A stretch of 58,050 nt of DNA from an uncultured Sorangium sp. (lineage in GTDB: Bacteria; Myxococcota_A; Polyangia; Polyangiales; Polyangiaceae). The DNA lies in assembly GCA_964475255.1 (NCBI GenBank), contig CAYYWA010000003.1, forward strand, positions 1 to 58,050, in the 5' to 3' direction. The notes beneath the pieces were generated by a model. The model had not been told where the DNA came from, made no database searches, and worked only from the letters and a program-made list of their open reading frames with translations. This document shows, one piece after another, positions 37,088-47,900 of the stretch (positions are counted from its first letter, which is position 1; each line of letters starts with the position of its first letter). The translations under genes were made by a program, and so were the position numbers.

Positions 37088-38617
37088 TCACTGCTCGACG
37101 TACAGGACGCCATCGCCCGCATCATCGAACGCGACGATCTCGCCCGGCCGCATGGATGCCTGCCTGATCAGTTGACCGTGCGTATTGTAGAACGCGCCAG
37201 TGGTCGCCTTGACGACCTTCGCCTCACGACGACCGCTCCCGCCGTAGAGCATCGCCGCGCGGCGCCCCGATCCGTAGCGCACCGCATCGGCCCGATGGAA
37301 CTGCCCCGTGACGCCGGGCTTGTCGCCGTCGAACGCGCCGTCACTGCGCGACGAGGCAAACAGCGCCTCGCGATCCGATCCGCCTCGCCCGCCGTGGCCG
37401 ACAGCCATCACGGCCTCGTTCGGGAGGCGCGACATCATCGCGTGCGCGCGGCGGAAGTACGGCTCGAACGCGCCCCACGGATCATCATTGTCGCGATCGC
37501 GCACGCCCCGCGAGCAGTGCAGCACGTAGAGTTGCCCCGTCATTGCCGCCATCGTGGCCGCAAGCGCGACCCAGCCCGTCGCGTTGACAGCGCCCGCCGA
37601 GACGTCAGCGCCCGGCCCGCGTGGCTCGCCCTGCATCAGCGCCACACGGAAGCCGACGCCCTCGGCGTCGTGCCGCAAGTTGAACGTGTGGCGCACCATC
37701 GCCTCGTGCGGGTGCCCTGTCGTGTGTGTCGTGACGACAGGTGCGCCGACGGGCACGTACATTTGCTCCATGTTGTGCCGCGCGTAGCCGAGCGGGTTGG
37801 CCGACGTCGCCCACGGGATGCCGCTGTCCGCGAACGGCTTCACGAGCGACGCGAGGTGCGCGACGCTATCGCCGTGCCGCGAGTTCTGCCACGCCTCGTT
37901 GACGTCCACGACAGCCATGACCCGCATCAGGTCGCCGTGCGACAGCGCACGCGCCGCGCGCCGGTAGACCTCATGCTCGTCGGCGAACTCCTGCAGGTCG
38001 CCCGCCGTGCCGAACCACGCCATCCGCCGATCGATGAGCGCCTGCGCCGCCTCCTGCACAAGATCCTCGTAGTTCGGCCACGCCGTGCCTACGCGCGGCG
38101 CATCGACGGGCAGCACCTCGCGGCCGGGCCAGTAGTTTGGATGACAGACGCCGAAGAACGCGCGCACACCGACGACGCCCCACGAGCGCAGCATGTCGAG
38201 CGTCCGGTAGAACCGCTCGCGATCGTCGCGCAAGATCCGCAGCATCGGGAACCACGAGGCAAACAGCATGGGCCGATAGCCCGCCTGATGGCCCCATCCG
38301 TTCGGCGTCGCGACGACGGGCAGCATGAGCCCCGCCGATGTGTCAGGCGTGTCAGGCGGGAACGACGGATCGTCAGGTGCCGAGGGCTCCTCGGGCGCCT
38401 GATCGATGTTCGCCTGCCGCTCCTCGCTGGATTCCAGCGCCGCGCGCAGATCGTCGGCCGTCATGCCCGTCATCACGCCTTCGAGGAGTGATGCCACGAG
38501 CACGCGCGTGCCCTCGTGCTTGAGATCCAGCGTCGGCCGTGTGCGAGGGAACTTCTCCTCGACGACGGCCGCAATCGTGCCGAGAATTTCCTGCGCCCTG
38601 CCTCGTAGATCCACCAT
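37088..38617 (-). CDS. Glycoside hydrolase-like (clan GH-A TIM barrel) protein
   Basis: GVVGVRAF, DVNEAW (acid/base) and QGEP (nucleophile) pattern. Confidence 0.55.
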   Translation of the reverse strand: MVDLRGRAQEILGTIAAVVEEKFPRTRPTLDLKHEGTRVLVASLLEGVMTGMTADDLRAALESSEERQANIDQAPEEPSAPDDPSFPPDTPDTSAGLMLPVVATPNGWGHQAGYRPMLFASWFPMLRILRDDRERFYRTLDMLRSWGVVGVRAFFGVCHPNYWPGREVLPVDAPRVGTAWPNYEDLVQEAAQALIDRRMAWFGTAGDLQEFADEHEVYRRAARALSHGDLMRVMAVVDVNEAWQNSRHGDSVAHLASLVKPFADSGIPWATSANPLGYARHNMEQMYVPVGAPVVTTHTTGHPHEAMVRHTFNLRHDAEGVGFRVALMQGEPRGPGADVSAGAVNATGWVALAATMAAMTGQLYVLHCSRGVRDRDNDDPWGAFEPYFRRAHAMMSRLPNEAVMAVGHGGRGGSDREALFASSRSDGAFDGDKPGVTGQFHRADAVRYGSGRRAAMLYGGSGRREAKVVKATTGAFYNTHGQLIRQASMRPGEIVAFDDAGDGVLYVEQ

Positions 38618-38627
38618 CGCGTGCCTC

Positions 38628-39113
38628 CTATGCCCCTGCGTAGAACCGATGCCCGCCGATGACGCGCGTCAGACGCGCCGTCGTCGCCCATTTCGGCGCG
38701 CTGCCCTTCGGCACCATGCCTGCGGGCGAGTAGTAGTGCGTCGCGCCGAGCACGTTGTCCTCGACGGCCTCGCCCATGACACCACGCGCGACCCACATCG
38801 CCGATCGCAGCGTCAACACGTCCTCGGCGTGCTGCGGGTCCGCGATGAGCGCGACCACATGCTGCATCAGCGCCTCGTGGTTGGCCGGGCCACCTTCGCG
38901 ACGCCAGCACGAGAACTGCCACGGCTTCAAGCAGACATCGCGGTACGTGAGCCCGAAGCGAGTCGCGCGCCTCCTGAGACGATTGCGGATGACGCAGCCG
39001 ACAGCAACACGGCCCTCGATCGGCTCCTGTCGCGACTCGGCCCAGATCGTCAGCCCGACGATCTGCTCGTCAGTGAGATGCGTTAGCAGTTCGGCTTGGC
39101 TCATACTCTCCAT
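38628..39113 (-). CDS. Endolysin, SleB/Hydrolase_2 family
   Basis: TIWAESRQEP.EG.VAV..VIRNR, QFSCW, GATHYY, IGGHRFY. Confidence 0.9.
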   Translation of the reverse strand: MESMSQAELLTHLTDEQIVGLTIWAESRQEPIEGRVAVGCVIRNRLRRRATRFGLTYRDVCLKPWQFSCWRREGGPANHEALMQHVVALIADPQHAEDVLTLRSAMWVARGVMGEAVEDNVLGATHYYSPAGMVPKGSAPKWATTARLTRVIGGHRFYAGA

Positions 39114-39495
39114 CCGTGGATCGGCGACGCTGCTCAGTGAACGTCAGGATGCGACGGCGATAGCGCCGCGAGATCAACCCGTGGATCAGCGTGATCGCCG
39201 ACAGCAACGTCAGCGATGCCGCCTTCCACGCAGCGGGGAACCCCAACACGCCGGGAGGAGGCGGGAACGCGATCGCGATCAGGCCGCTCGCGACGCAGAC
39301 GAGCGAGACGCTGAAGCGCATCGCCTCGCCGATGTTGTTGGACTCGACGACGAGGATCGCGAGCCGCGACGGTGGCGGCGATGACGACCGCACGCGCCGC
39401 GAGTCGTCCAGCGTGGACAACAGCAGATCGACATGGACAAGTCCGTTCGCCAGCGAGATCGCGAACAGCGCCCACTCGATCGGGCTTCCGTGCAT
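39070..39495 (-). CDS. Three-TM membrane protein (holin candidate)
   Basis: Three hydrophobic helices, basic C-terminus, adjacent to endolysin. Confidence 0.55.
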   Translation of the reverse strand: MHGSPIEWALFAISLANGLVHVDLLLSTLDDSRRVRSSSPPPSRLAILVVESNNIGEAMRFSVSLVCVASGLIAIAFPPPPGVLGFPAAWKAASLTLLSAITLIHGLISRRYRRRILTFTEQRRRSTDGEYEPSRTANASH

Positions 39496-39498
39496 GAG

Positions 39499-39696
39499 TT
39501 ACCTGTGGTGTGGTGCGGCGCTCTCGACGCCGTAACGCGAGCGGCGAATGATCGCGGCCCTCATTTCGAGCATGTCCACAAGTCGCCGAGCTTCTGCGAG
39601 ATCCCGCAGATCATCGACCCTCTCCGGGGAGAGCACTCGTGGATCGAGCCAGTCGGCCACAGCGCGCAGTCCGCGCGCGAGCGCCTGAAGGATCAT
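39499..39696 (-). CDS. Small hypothetical protein
   Basis: MILQALARG, ATGA overlap. Confidence 0.5.
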   Translation of the reverse strand: MILQALARGLRAVADWLDPRVLSPERVDDLRDLAEARRLVDMLEMRAAIIRRSRYGVESAAPHHR

Positions 39697-39938
39697 GATG
39701 TCGCATCGTCGCCGGACGCCTTCGTGTGCTGCTGCTGCTCGGCGACGACCCTCGTAAAGACCCCGATCGACTGGTGAAACAGACGCTTGTACTCGTCGCG
39801 TTCCGTTTTCATGTCTCGGAACTGATAGCCCCAGACCCACCATCGCAGGTATCCGCCGATGATGACCAGCGCCAGCAAACCGGCGACTGTGACCCCATTC
39901 GCTAGCTCCGACCATTGCTTGACGACTCCTGCATCCAT
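39693..39938 (-). CDS. Single-TM holin-like protein
   Basis: GLLALVIIGGY.RWWVWG......ERDE.K. Confidence 0.6.
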   Translation of the reverse strand: MDAGVVKQWSELANGVTVAGLLALVIIGGYLRWWVWGYQFRDMKTERDEYKRLFHQSIGVFTRVVAEQQQHTKASGDDATS

Positions 39939-39946
39939 GACGCGAG

Positions 39947-40306
39947 TTACTGTCCGTCAGGGGGGACGTCAGCCTGCGGCTCGGCCTTCGGCGTGTCATC
40001 CTTTCGCGCTAGCGTCCCGTCGGGCGCCAGCGTCCAGCCCGGGGCGGCCTCCTCGACCTCGGCGCGCACGGCTGCCAGCGCATCGGCGACGGCTGCCTGT
40101 TCGCGCTCGATCGTGAGGCGCATGAGTTCGATCTGTGCTTGCAGCAGGTTGGCCCGGAGTACGACGTTCTGACGACGGAGCTCGACCGGCTCGGCCAGTG
40201 TGGGAGCGGCGTCAGGATCGGCGGGAGGCGTCTGCGCGACGAGCGCGACGCCGGAGATCAGGAGGGCACACGCAAGAACGGCCGCATGAGCGACAGAGCG
40301 CACCAT
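39947..40306 (-). CDS. Signal-peptide-bearing coiled-coil protein
   Basis: MVRSVAHAAVLACALLISGVALVA-QT; CTGACA-N18-TACTAT just upstream suggests a leaderless transcript. Confidence 0.65.
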   Translation of the reverse strand: MVRSVAHAAVLACALLISGVALVAQTPPADPDAAPTLAEPVELRRQNVVLRANLLQAQIELMRLTIEREQAAVADALAAVRAEVEEAAPGWTLAPDGTLARKDDTPKAEPQADVPPDGQ

Positions 40307-40339
40307 GCGGCCGATAGTAGCACCGGGCGACCGCCCGTG

Positions 40340-40795
40340 TCAGCAGCCGGGAAACCCGCGCCGGTAGTAGCGGACGATCCTGCCGTCCGTGGGGCGATAC
40401 CCGACGATGTCCGTGAGCCCGTCCTCGTCGATGTGCGTCGCCGTCAGCGTCAGACCCGGCTCAAGCTGCACGAACACGAGGCACTCGAACTGCGCTACAG
40501 GCGTATTGCGGCCCTGCGACGTCTGCCCGTAGAGCGAGCCGAGGTTCACGATGATCCACGTCTGCCCGTTCGTGGCGTTGTAGAACAGCAGATCGTCGAA
40601 CGGCTTCGGCTGGCCCACGTAGTTCGGCCCCGTCAGCGGGAGGATCTGCGTCAGCCCGGCGACAGTGGACTCGGGCGCGCCGAGCACGAACGGCCCCGAG
40701 GCATTGAGCGGCGGCGAGAGCCGCTGCGCCTCAGCGACGGCCGGGAAGGTTACGAGCGCCGCGAGCAGCGCGAGAGCGAGAGTGTGAGTACGCAT
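40340..40795 (-). CDS. Secreted FG-GAP-like protein (moron)
   Basis: Signal peptide ending AEA-Q; DDLLFYN..NG and DEDGLTDIVGY repeats. Confidence 0.7.
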   Translation of the reverse strand: MRTHTLALALLAALVTFPAVAEAQRLSPPLNASGPFVLGAPESTVAGLTQILPLTGPNYVGQPKPFDDLLFYNATNGQTWIIVNLGSLYGQTSQGRNTPVAQFECLVFVQLEPGLTLTATHIDEDGLTDIVGYRPTDGRIVRYYRRGFPGC

Positions 40796-40852
40796 GTCAA
40801 TGTCGTCCCTTGAAAGCGCCGGGCGCCAAGTCGCGCCCGGACGTGATGAGGC

Positions 40853-40881
40853 ACTATCGCGCGTCAGACGCGCCGTGTCAA
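40853..40881 (-). promoter_or_regulatory. Promoter with palindrome in the spacer
   Basis: TTGACA-N17-GATAGT; GCGCGTCAGACGCGC at 40859-40873. Confidence 0.7.
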
Positions 40882-40894
40882 ACCGGGTGGTCGC

Positions 40895-43207
40895 CTAGCT
40901 GCATCCGATGACGATCCCGCCGGATACGACGGGGTTCCCTGTGCATGTGCCCGAGTAGCCTGCCGTCGCTCCTGCGTGGTACGTCGTCGCATAGACGGCA
41001 GTCCACGTCTGCGCCGATGTCGGGGAGCCGATCGTTCGGATACCAGTCGTGCCCGGCAACAGTCTCACCACTGCCCCGGCGCTCGCGCTAAAGAAGAACG
41101 TTGCCGCATCGCCGACGAGCGTGGGTGCGTTGATGCGGAACAGGCCCGTGACGCCGAGGGAATCGTTTCTGGCGCGCAGTTCAATCGCCGCCGCTCCGCT
41201 CCTGTGTATCTGGGCAGACATCAGGCTCGTTTCAGAGAACAGCGAGGCTCCGTTCGACCATCGGACAGATCGTGCCGCGTCTCCCGACGACGAGACAGAC
41301 GGCCCAAACAGGAAACCTCCTGCCTGTGTAATCGACCAATTCCCCGTCGAGGTGACGTTGCCGCCCGTGACGAGGTTGAGATTCCCCGACAGGTCGAGAT
41401 CCCCGTTCGTCTTTGCGTGGAGCTTGATCGCGCTGCCGTGACCGATGCGGAAGCCGTTGGCCGCGTCTGCGGATACCCATGTCGCCGCCTGATCGCCTGC
41501 CCAGAAGCCCATCGTCGGCGTCTGATAGTCCGCGATGCCCTGAAGCTGCCCGAGCGCCCATCGCGTGGAGATGTCGTTGAATCCCGTGCCCGTGCGCTCG
41601 CGCCCGGCGACTGTCGGGCCGTGGTGCATCGACGTCACCGTGGAGTTCAGCGCCTCATAGTGCGCGCGGATCTGCTGCTGCGTCAGCGGGTAGCCGTAGA
41701 CCGCGAGCTCCGAGATGCCGAAACCTGTCCCGCTCGCCCACTGCCCGGCGCCCTGTATCGTGGACGCATTCGGCGTCAGGCACCCGCCCGCCGCAGGCGA
41801 CGTGGTGCCGACGTCCACGCCGTTCACGTAGGTGCGCCCGCCCATCGAGGCGTCCCAGACGAACGCGAGATGGACATACGCCGCCGACGAGAACACGGGC
41901 GTCTGCGGCGTCAGCGCGCCCCACACGCCGCCCGGCGCGCCGAGCATGTAGAGCCGCCCGGTGTTCGTGTGCAGCACGGAAAAGTGATTCGCTGACGAAC
42001 CCGGCGAGCCCTTTTGGACGACATACGCTTGCGTCGCCGAGAACCCGCCGTCAGGCAAGCGTACCCACATCTCGACAGTGAGCGCGCACGTCCCGCTGAC
42101 GCCGTTGAGCGCCGTGCCCGGGTTGATGCCGCTAAACGTCTCGCCCGCGCTGCCCGCTCGGTAGTAGATCCCCGGCGCCGACGTCCCCGATCCGGCGCCA
42201 GTAAGCGCGCCGCTGCCGAGCGCGGCGGCCGCCCCGGTGCCCGCCATGTCCACGGATGGCGTCGCGTTGAAGTTGAACGCGAGCAGCGGGCGGTCGCTCA
42301 GCACGGAGCCCCAATACGACAGCGTCGTCGGGCTGTAGCTGTACATATCGATCAGGCGATCCGTCGAAACGACAGCGGAGCCCTCCTCCCATGCGTTCGC
42401 GCCCGTGCCGTCGATGTTGCGCGCCACGCAATAGAGGTAATCGCCCTCGACCATCTGCTCGCCCGTGGCCGAACAGATCCGCATCGCCTCGAACTGCGGC
42501 AGGCCGAGGCTCGTGACGTCCCGCAAGATGATGACGTCGTTGTACCGGAGCGCCCGGTGCTTCGTGTAGATCACGGAGTCCACGGCCGTCACAGGCCGTG
42601 TGAGCGCCGTGCCCCGTGACCAGATCGCCGAGCCTCCCGTGAAGGCCATGCGCTCGTCGTTGACCAGAATCGACGCGCGCATCTCCATCACGTCAAACGA
42701 CAGCCACGGCGCAATGGGACTCCCGAGCGCGGCCTGCATCGAGGGCGGCAGCACCTCCGTCGTGTTGCTCCCGAACTGGACGACACCCGAGGCGCCCTGC
42801 AGCGTCAGGGGTCCGCTGGCCGTGTCCACGAGCGGCGTCCGCACGCGCGTTGAGAACGTGCCGATCGGCGATGACAGGCTGTTGGTGACGTTGAGCGGCC
42901 CCGTCAGCCCGCCTGAGAACGTCCACGGCGACGCGATCGCCTCGGCGACGTTGCGCTGTGTGAACGTGCTTGGGATGTCGGCCGCGACGAGCGCCCCGAG
43001 CGTCGTGTTGCCCGAGCCATCGACCGACACGATCGATTGCCCGCCCGAGCGCGTCGGGTTGCTCCCGCAGATCCGCATCGTGGACGTGCTCGCAGGCACG
43101 CCGACGCATCCGACCGTGAGTTTCGAGAACATCCCCGTTGGCGCCTGTGCCCACGCCGGAACGGCCGTGCAGGCGAGTAGCGCCGCGATCATCATTCTCC
43201 GCATCAT
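40895..43207 (-). CDS. Tail fibre/receptor-binding protein with LamG domain and N-terminal signal peptide
   Basis: LTVEMWV, YVHLAFVWD, TYVNG, ISELAVY..PLT..QI..HY; starts MMRRMMIAALLACTAVPAWA-QA. Confidence 0.75.
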   Translation of the reverse strand: MMRRMMIAALLACTAVPAWAQAPTGMFSKLTVGCVGVPASTSTMRICGSNPTRSGGQSIVSVDGSGNTTLGALVAADIPSTFTQRNVAEAIASPWTFSGGLTGPLNVTNSLSSPIGTFSTRVRTPLVDTASGPLTLQGASGVVQFGSNTTEVLPPSMQAALGSPIAPWLSFDVMEMRASILVNDERMAFTGGSAIWSRGTALTRPVTAVDSVIYTKHRALRYNDVIILRDVTSLGLPQFEAMRICSATGEQMVEGDYLYCVARNIDGTGANAWEEGSAVVSTDRLIDMYSYSPTTLSYWGSVLSDRPLLAFNFNATPSVDMAGTGAAAALGSGALTGAGSGTSAPGIYYRAGSAGETFSGINPGTALNGVSGTCALTVEMWVRLPDGGFSATQAYVVQKGSPGSSANHFSVLHTNTGRLYMLGAPGGVWGALTPQTPVFSSAAYVHLAFVWDASMGGRTYVNGVDVGTTSPAAGGCLTPNASTIQGAGQWASGTGFGISELAVYGYPLTQQQIRAHYEALNSTVTSMHHGPTVAGRERTGTGFNDISTRWALGQLQGIADYQTPTMGFWAGDQAATWVSADAANGFRIGHGSAIKLHAKTNGDLDLSGNLNLVTGGNVTSTGNWSITQAGGFLFGPSVSSSGDAARSVRWSNGASLFSETSLMSAQIHRSGAAAIELRARNDSLGVTGLFRINAPTLVGDAATFFFSASAGAVVRLLPGTTGIRTIGSPTSAQTWTAVYATTYHAGATAGYSGTCTGNPVVSGGIVIGCS

Positions 43208-44934
43208 GTCTCCTCCACCATGCACATCCCGCAGACCCAATTCGCCGGGGTGCCTTGTGCTTCCCATTGCAGGACACCCTCGCCCTCGCTCGCTGGCATC
43301 GTGACCGGGTGCAGCAGCGGCGCCGAGAACGCCGTGGGCGACCACCATGACGACGTGGCGACGATCGAGGCGCCGATCTTCAGGTGGAACCGGATCTCAC
43401 TCGTGGCGTCGCCATCCATGCGGTAAGCGTAGCAGTGCATTTGCCATGAGCCCGCCGTCATGCGCGGCCCGCCGAGCGTCATCGGCACGGCATACGGGAT
43501 GTTCTCGACGACGCCCATCGGCGAGGCATACGAGGCATTGTTGCCGCCCATGAAATACCGAGCAGGCATCCCGGCCGCGCCTGTGCCGCCGCCCCCCGAG
43601 CCGCCGCTGCCGATCGTGCTCCCGCCGCTGACGCTGCCGCCCTCGCGGCGCCGCATCATGTCGATCCATGACGGGAAGTAGTCGCCGCCCTCGATGAGCG
43701 TCAGGTCGTAGAACAGATCGTCGGCCTGCGCGCGCGTGATGCCGGGGTCTGTCACCCGCACCGTGTGGACGAGATACGAGGCGTTGATCGCCGCCGTGTC
43801 GCGGTTGTCCACGACGACAACGACGGACTGCCCCGGATACCAGCCGTGCGAGCGCACGCGCGTGTTGATCTTGCGCCGGTCCCATCCGATCTGGATGCCG
43901 AGTTCGGCCGCGAGCACGTCGAGCGCCTGATCGATCGTCTGGACGGTATCGCCCGAGATGACGTCCTCGCGCGCGAGCGCCGGGTCGTAGCTGCCTGACG
44001 CGACGATGATCGAGGGGTCGATGACGCGCACCCATGCCGGAGGCGTCACGGGATACGTGACAGTGATCGCGTGACCGGCCGTGGCAGGCGAGACGCGCGT
44101 GATCGCGTTGTCGGGCGCGTCGTAGTTCCACGTTCCGCCGCCGATCGGGTGCGAGACGCCGTTCTGGACGACAGCCGTAGGCGCCTCGTCCGGGCGCGCC
44201 GTCAGGTAGAAGATCGACTTCGCCCCGTTGCCCGTGAACGAGTCCACGCGCGCGATCGGTGTGACCGTCCCCTCGGGCGCGCTGCCTGTCCGCATCCAGA
44301 GGATCGTGTTGCGCCGCAGGATGCTGCGCTCCCAATCCAGCGCGCCGAGGATCGTGTTCGTCAGATCCGAGATGGGATGTGGCCCGGCGATGGCCCCGGG
44401 CGCGTGCATCGCGAATTGCTTGAGCCCGTTGATGCGCCACATATAGCCCGAGAGCGTCGTGAGCTCGTCGAGGCATGACCGTAGCGACCGCATCTCGAAC
44501 ACGAGCTCGGGCAGCGTCGGCCCGCCTGACGTGGGGCTGATGTTTGTGACGCCCTTCGGGGCGAGGAACTGCGACACGAGCGCGTTGGCGACGGCGAGCA
44601 CCGTCTGCCCGGCCGAGAACGTTTTGTTGACGACGCGCTCGTCAGCGAACTTATCGAAGCCGCGACAGCGCACGCGCGTCAACGCGCCACCCCGGTTGTC
44701 GGGCGCCGGACGCTGATCCTGCACCGTCACGATCTCGCCGCCGAACAGGAGATCGGAGCCGTGGTAGATCGTGACCTCGTGGCCGACCTGTGGCCGGTAG
44801 GCTGCCGTCGTCTTGATCGGGTCGTAGACGTCGAAGCCCGCCGTCTCGATGCTGAGCACCTTCTCGACGGACATCGAGCGGTACATCACGCGCGACGTGC
44901 GATTGCTCGCGTTGATGTTGACCGTCAGGGCCAT
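43204..44934 (-). CDS. Tail tip / baseplate hub-like protein
   Basis: Follows tape measure; LFGGEI, LDELTTLSGY.WRI pattern. Confidence 0.75.
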   Translation of the reverse strand: MALTVNINASNRTSRVMYRSMSVEKVLSIETAGFDVYDPIKTTAAYRPQVGHEVTIYHGSDLLFGGEIVTVQDQRPAPDNRGGALTRVRCRGFDKFADERVVNKTFSAGQTVLAVANALVSQFLAPKGVTNISPTSGGPTLPELVFEMRSLRSCLDELTTLSGYMWRINGLKQFAMHAPGAIAGPHPISDLTNTILGALDWERSILRRNTILWMRTGSAPEGTVTPIARVDSFTGNGAKSIFYLTARPDEAPTAVVQNGVSHPIGGGTWNYDAPDNAITRVSPATAGHAITVTYPVTPPAWVRVIDPSIIVASGSYDPALAREDVISGDTVQTIDQALDVLAAELGIQIGWDRRKINTRVRSHGWYPGQSVVVVVDNRDTAAINASYLVHTVRVTDPGITRAQADDLFYDLTLIEGGDYFPSWIDMMRRREGGSVSGGSTIGSGGSGGGGTGAAGMPARYFMGGNNASYASPMGVVENIPYAVPMTLGGPRMTAGSWQMHCYAYRMDGDATSEIRFHLKIGASIVATSSWWSPTAFSAPLLHPVTMPASEGEGVLQWEAQGTPANWVCGMCMVEET

Positions 44935-47900
44935 CAGACGCCCCGCATCGTGAGCTCGCCGTCGATAAACGGCACCGTCCGCTCGGCGAGGATCTGCCCG
45001 TCGAGCAGCATGTAGACGGTCATGTGCCCGCCGCCGCCGCCGTCGTAGTCATCGAGCGGGATGATCGCCTCGCGGCCGTGCAGCATCGCGAGCGTGCCTG
45101 ATCCGAAGTTGCCGACGCCGCCTCGGCTGAAGCCCGGCACCTCGGGTCCAGACGGCACGCGCCCGGGGTTGAACTCGACATCGATCCCGATCGTCCTCGG
45201 GATCTTCGCCAGCGCCTCCATGAACGGCCCCGTGAGCGTATCGACGAGCCGCTGGAGCTCCGTCGTGATCGTCTGCATGGACGTCGCCATGTCAGCGCCG
45301 AACTTGATCTTGCTGATGTCGGTGATCTTCTCGCCGTTCTCATCGACGAGCTCCCCGGCCTCGATCAGGTTCTCGATCCACGGCCGCATGTTGGCCGGGA
45401 TCTCTGTGCCGAACCGCACGGAGTTCGCGACGATCTCGCTAATCTCCTCTTTCATGCCGGAGAGGATCGTGCCCACGCTGGCGCCGCCACGCCGCAGGAT
45501 CTCGAAGTCATCGATCATCTGCTGCGCGGCCTGATCCGACTCCCACTGCTTGAACTCGATCCCGAGCGCGTTCTCGTCGAGCTTGTACCGCTCGGCCGCC
45601 TGCTTGAATTTATTGAAGTCCACATCAGGCGCGCCCATCATGCGCTCAAGCGCCTGCGCGTTCTCCTCCGTCAGCATGTTCATCTCGCGGAGTTGCGCGA
45701 TGCTGTCGAGGAGCGCCTGCGGTAGACGCATCCCGAGCTCGTCGGCGCGCTCAAGGATGCCACCAAGCTGCTCGTTCGACGTCTCGAACCGCTGCTCCCA
45801 CTGCGCCATGACCGCGCTGATCTGCTGCATCGCCGCTCGGGCGCGCTCCGGGTTCCTGTCGTCCCACATCGCGGCGACAGCCGCCTCGGCCTCGGCCGCT
45901 GACTTGCCCATCCGCAGATAGGCGTCGCGCACGACAATGACCGTCGCGGCCCAATCGCGCCCCGCCGCCTCGGCGATCTGCGCCGCATTCATCGACTTGT
46001 GTAGATTCTCCTGAAACGCCGCGATGTCCTTCCGCGCTTCCTTGACGGCCTTCGAGACGCCCCAGAACCGCTTCGCCAGCACGTAGATCCCGACTGCCGC
46101 CGCGCCGATGCCCATCGTGGCCGCGCCGAGCGCGACGGCCGCGCCGACAGACGTTGCCGCCGCCGTGCCGAGCCCTGTGGCCGCGACTGCCGCGCCGCCG
46201 ATGCTGGACGCCGCGCCCGCCAGCGCCGAGCCTGTGGAGCCGCCCCACGCGGCCCCGAGGGCGGTCGCCCCTGCGACGCCACCAGCGACGGCGCCCTGTA
46301 CGGCCTTCGACATCTCGCGCAGCCCCTTCGTGAGCGGCTGCGTGATCGCCTCGGCAAGCTGGACGCCAAGCGCCTTGAACGCGCCTTCCATCCCACCGCC
46401 GCCCGTCAGTGCGCGCACGAACAGATCCGGGATGCCGTCGGCGATCTTCCCGAATGCCTCCGTGACGCCCTTGAGCTTGCCGGGCTTCTGATAGTCGTTG
46501 CCGATCGCGAACTCGACGGTGCCCATGAAGCCCGGCCCGGCGAACGGCCCCGCCGCGAGCGCCATCATCCGCATGTAGGCGCCCGAGAGCTCCTGCAGCG
46601 CCCGTGCGGCCTCCTGTAGCTGCTGGAACGTCGCGGGCGGGACGTCGAGCTTGTCTTTCAGCGACACGCCGGGCACGTTGACCGTGTTGAGATCCCGATT
46701 CACGTCCATCGCGAGGCGCCCGACGCGGAAGATCGACAGGTAGGCGCGCTCCATGTAGTCAGGCACTTCCATGCCCATCGCCCGGATCGCGCGCATCCCG
46801 TCCTCAATCGCCTCCTGTGCCTCCTCGGACGCGTCTGCCGTGAGCTTCATGCCCCTCGGCAGATCCTCGATGGCGCGCGCGACCTTTGCCGCCTCGTCGA
46901 TGGCGTCGAGGTTGATCAGGCGTGCGCCAGTCTGTGCCGCCGCGAGGCGCGCGGCCTCGGCAGCCTGCCGCAGCGAGTCCGTGATCCGCCGCACCTCGGG
47001 ATCGGCATCCGACGACGCCGAGCCGATGTTGCCGATCGCCCCTGCGGCTTTCTCGCCCGCCTCGGCCACCTCCGGCAGCACGACGACGGCATCCTCGAAC
47101 GCGGCGCCCGCCTCGCCCACTGCGCCCGCCGTGCGCTTCGACTCGGCGACAGCGATCGCGAGCTTGCCCGCGAGCAGGCCGGACGATGCTGCCGCCTCGG
47201 AGATGTGCGGGTTCGTCGCGTCAAGCTGACGTTTCAGCGCGACTTGCTCCTCGGTGAGCCCCTTCTCGGACTTGGCCGCGTTGTCGATGACGGCCCGCGC
47301 GACATTCCACGCTTCCGTCTGATCCCTGACCGTGCGCCCCACAGCATCGGAGGCGACCTTGAAGATGTCCAGTTGCGCGCCGACGCCGCGCATCTTCTGC
47401 TCGAAGTCGTTCACCGCGCGCCCGGCCGCCACCGCGCCGCCTGCGACACTGACGAGGAGCGGCCCGAACGTCGCCATGCCCGCGATGCCCGTGAGCGTCT
47501 TGACGGCCACGCCAAGACCGCTGACAGCCGTCGAGAGCGCGCCCACAGCCCCAGACGCCGCCTGAGCCACCATCAGCCCGCGAATCGCGCCCGTGAGCTT
47601 GATGATCGAGCCCATCGTGTCGATCGCGCGCCCGCCGAGGATCATGAGCACGCCCGTCAGCCCGGCGCCGAGGCCAAGCTGCACGATCGCGCGCTGCGTG
47701 TCGGCAGGCATGTCCGCGAATTGCTTCGCGAGATCCGCGATCGCCATCAGTGCGGGCTCGGCCGCTGTCAGCATGTCGCGCAGCGCGGGCAGCAGCGCGT
47801 CTCCGAGCGTGATCGCGATGTCGTAGACCTGTGACTTGAACTGCTTGAGTTGGTTCTCGAAGGTCGCGAATTTCTTGCGCGACTCCTCCGACAGCGCGGA

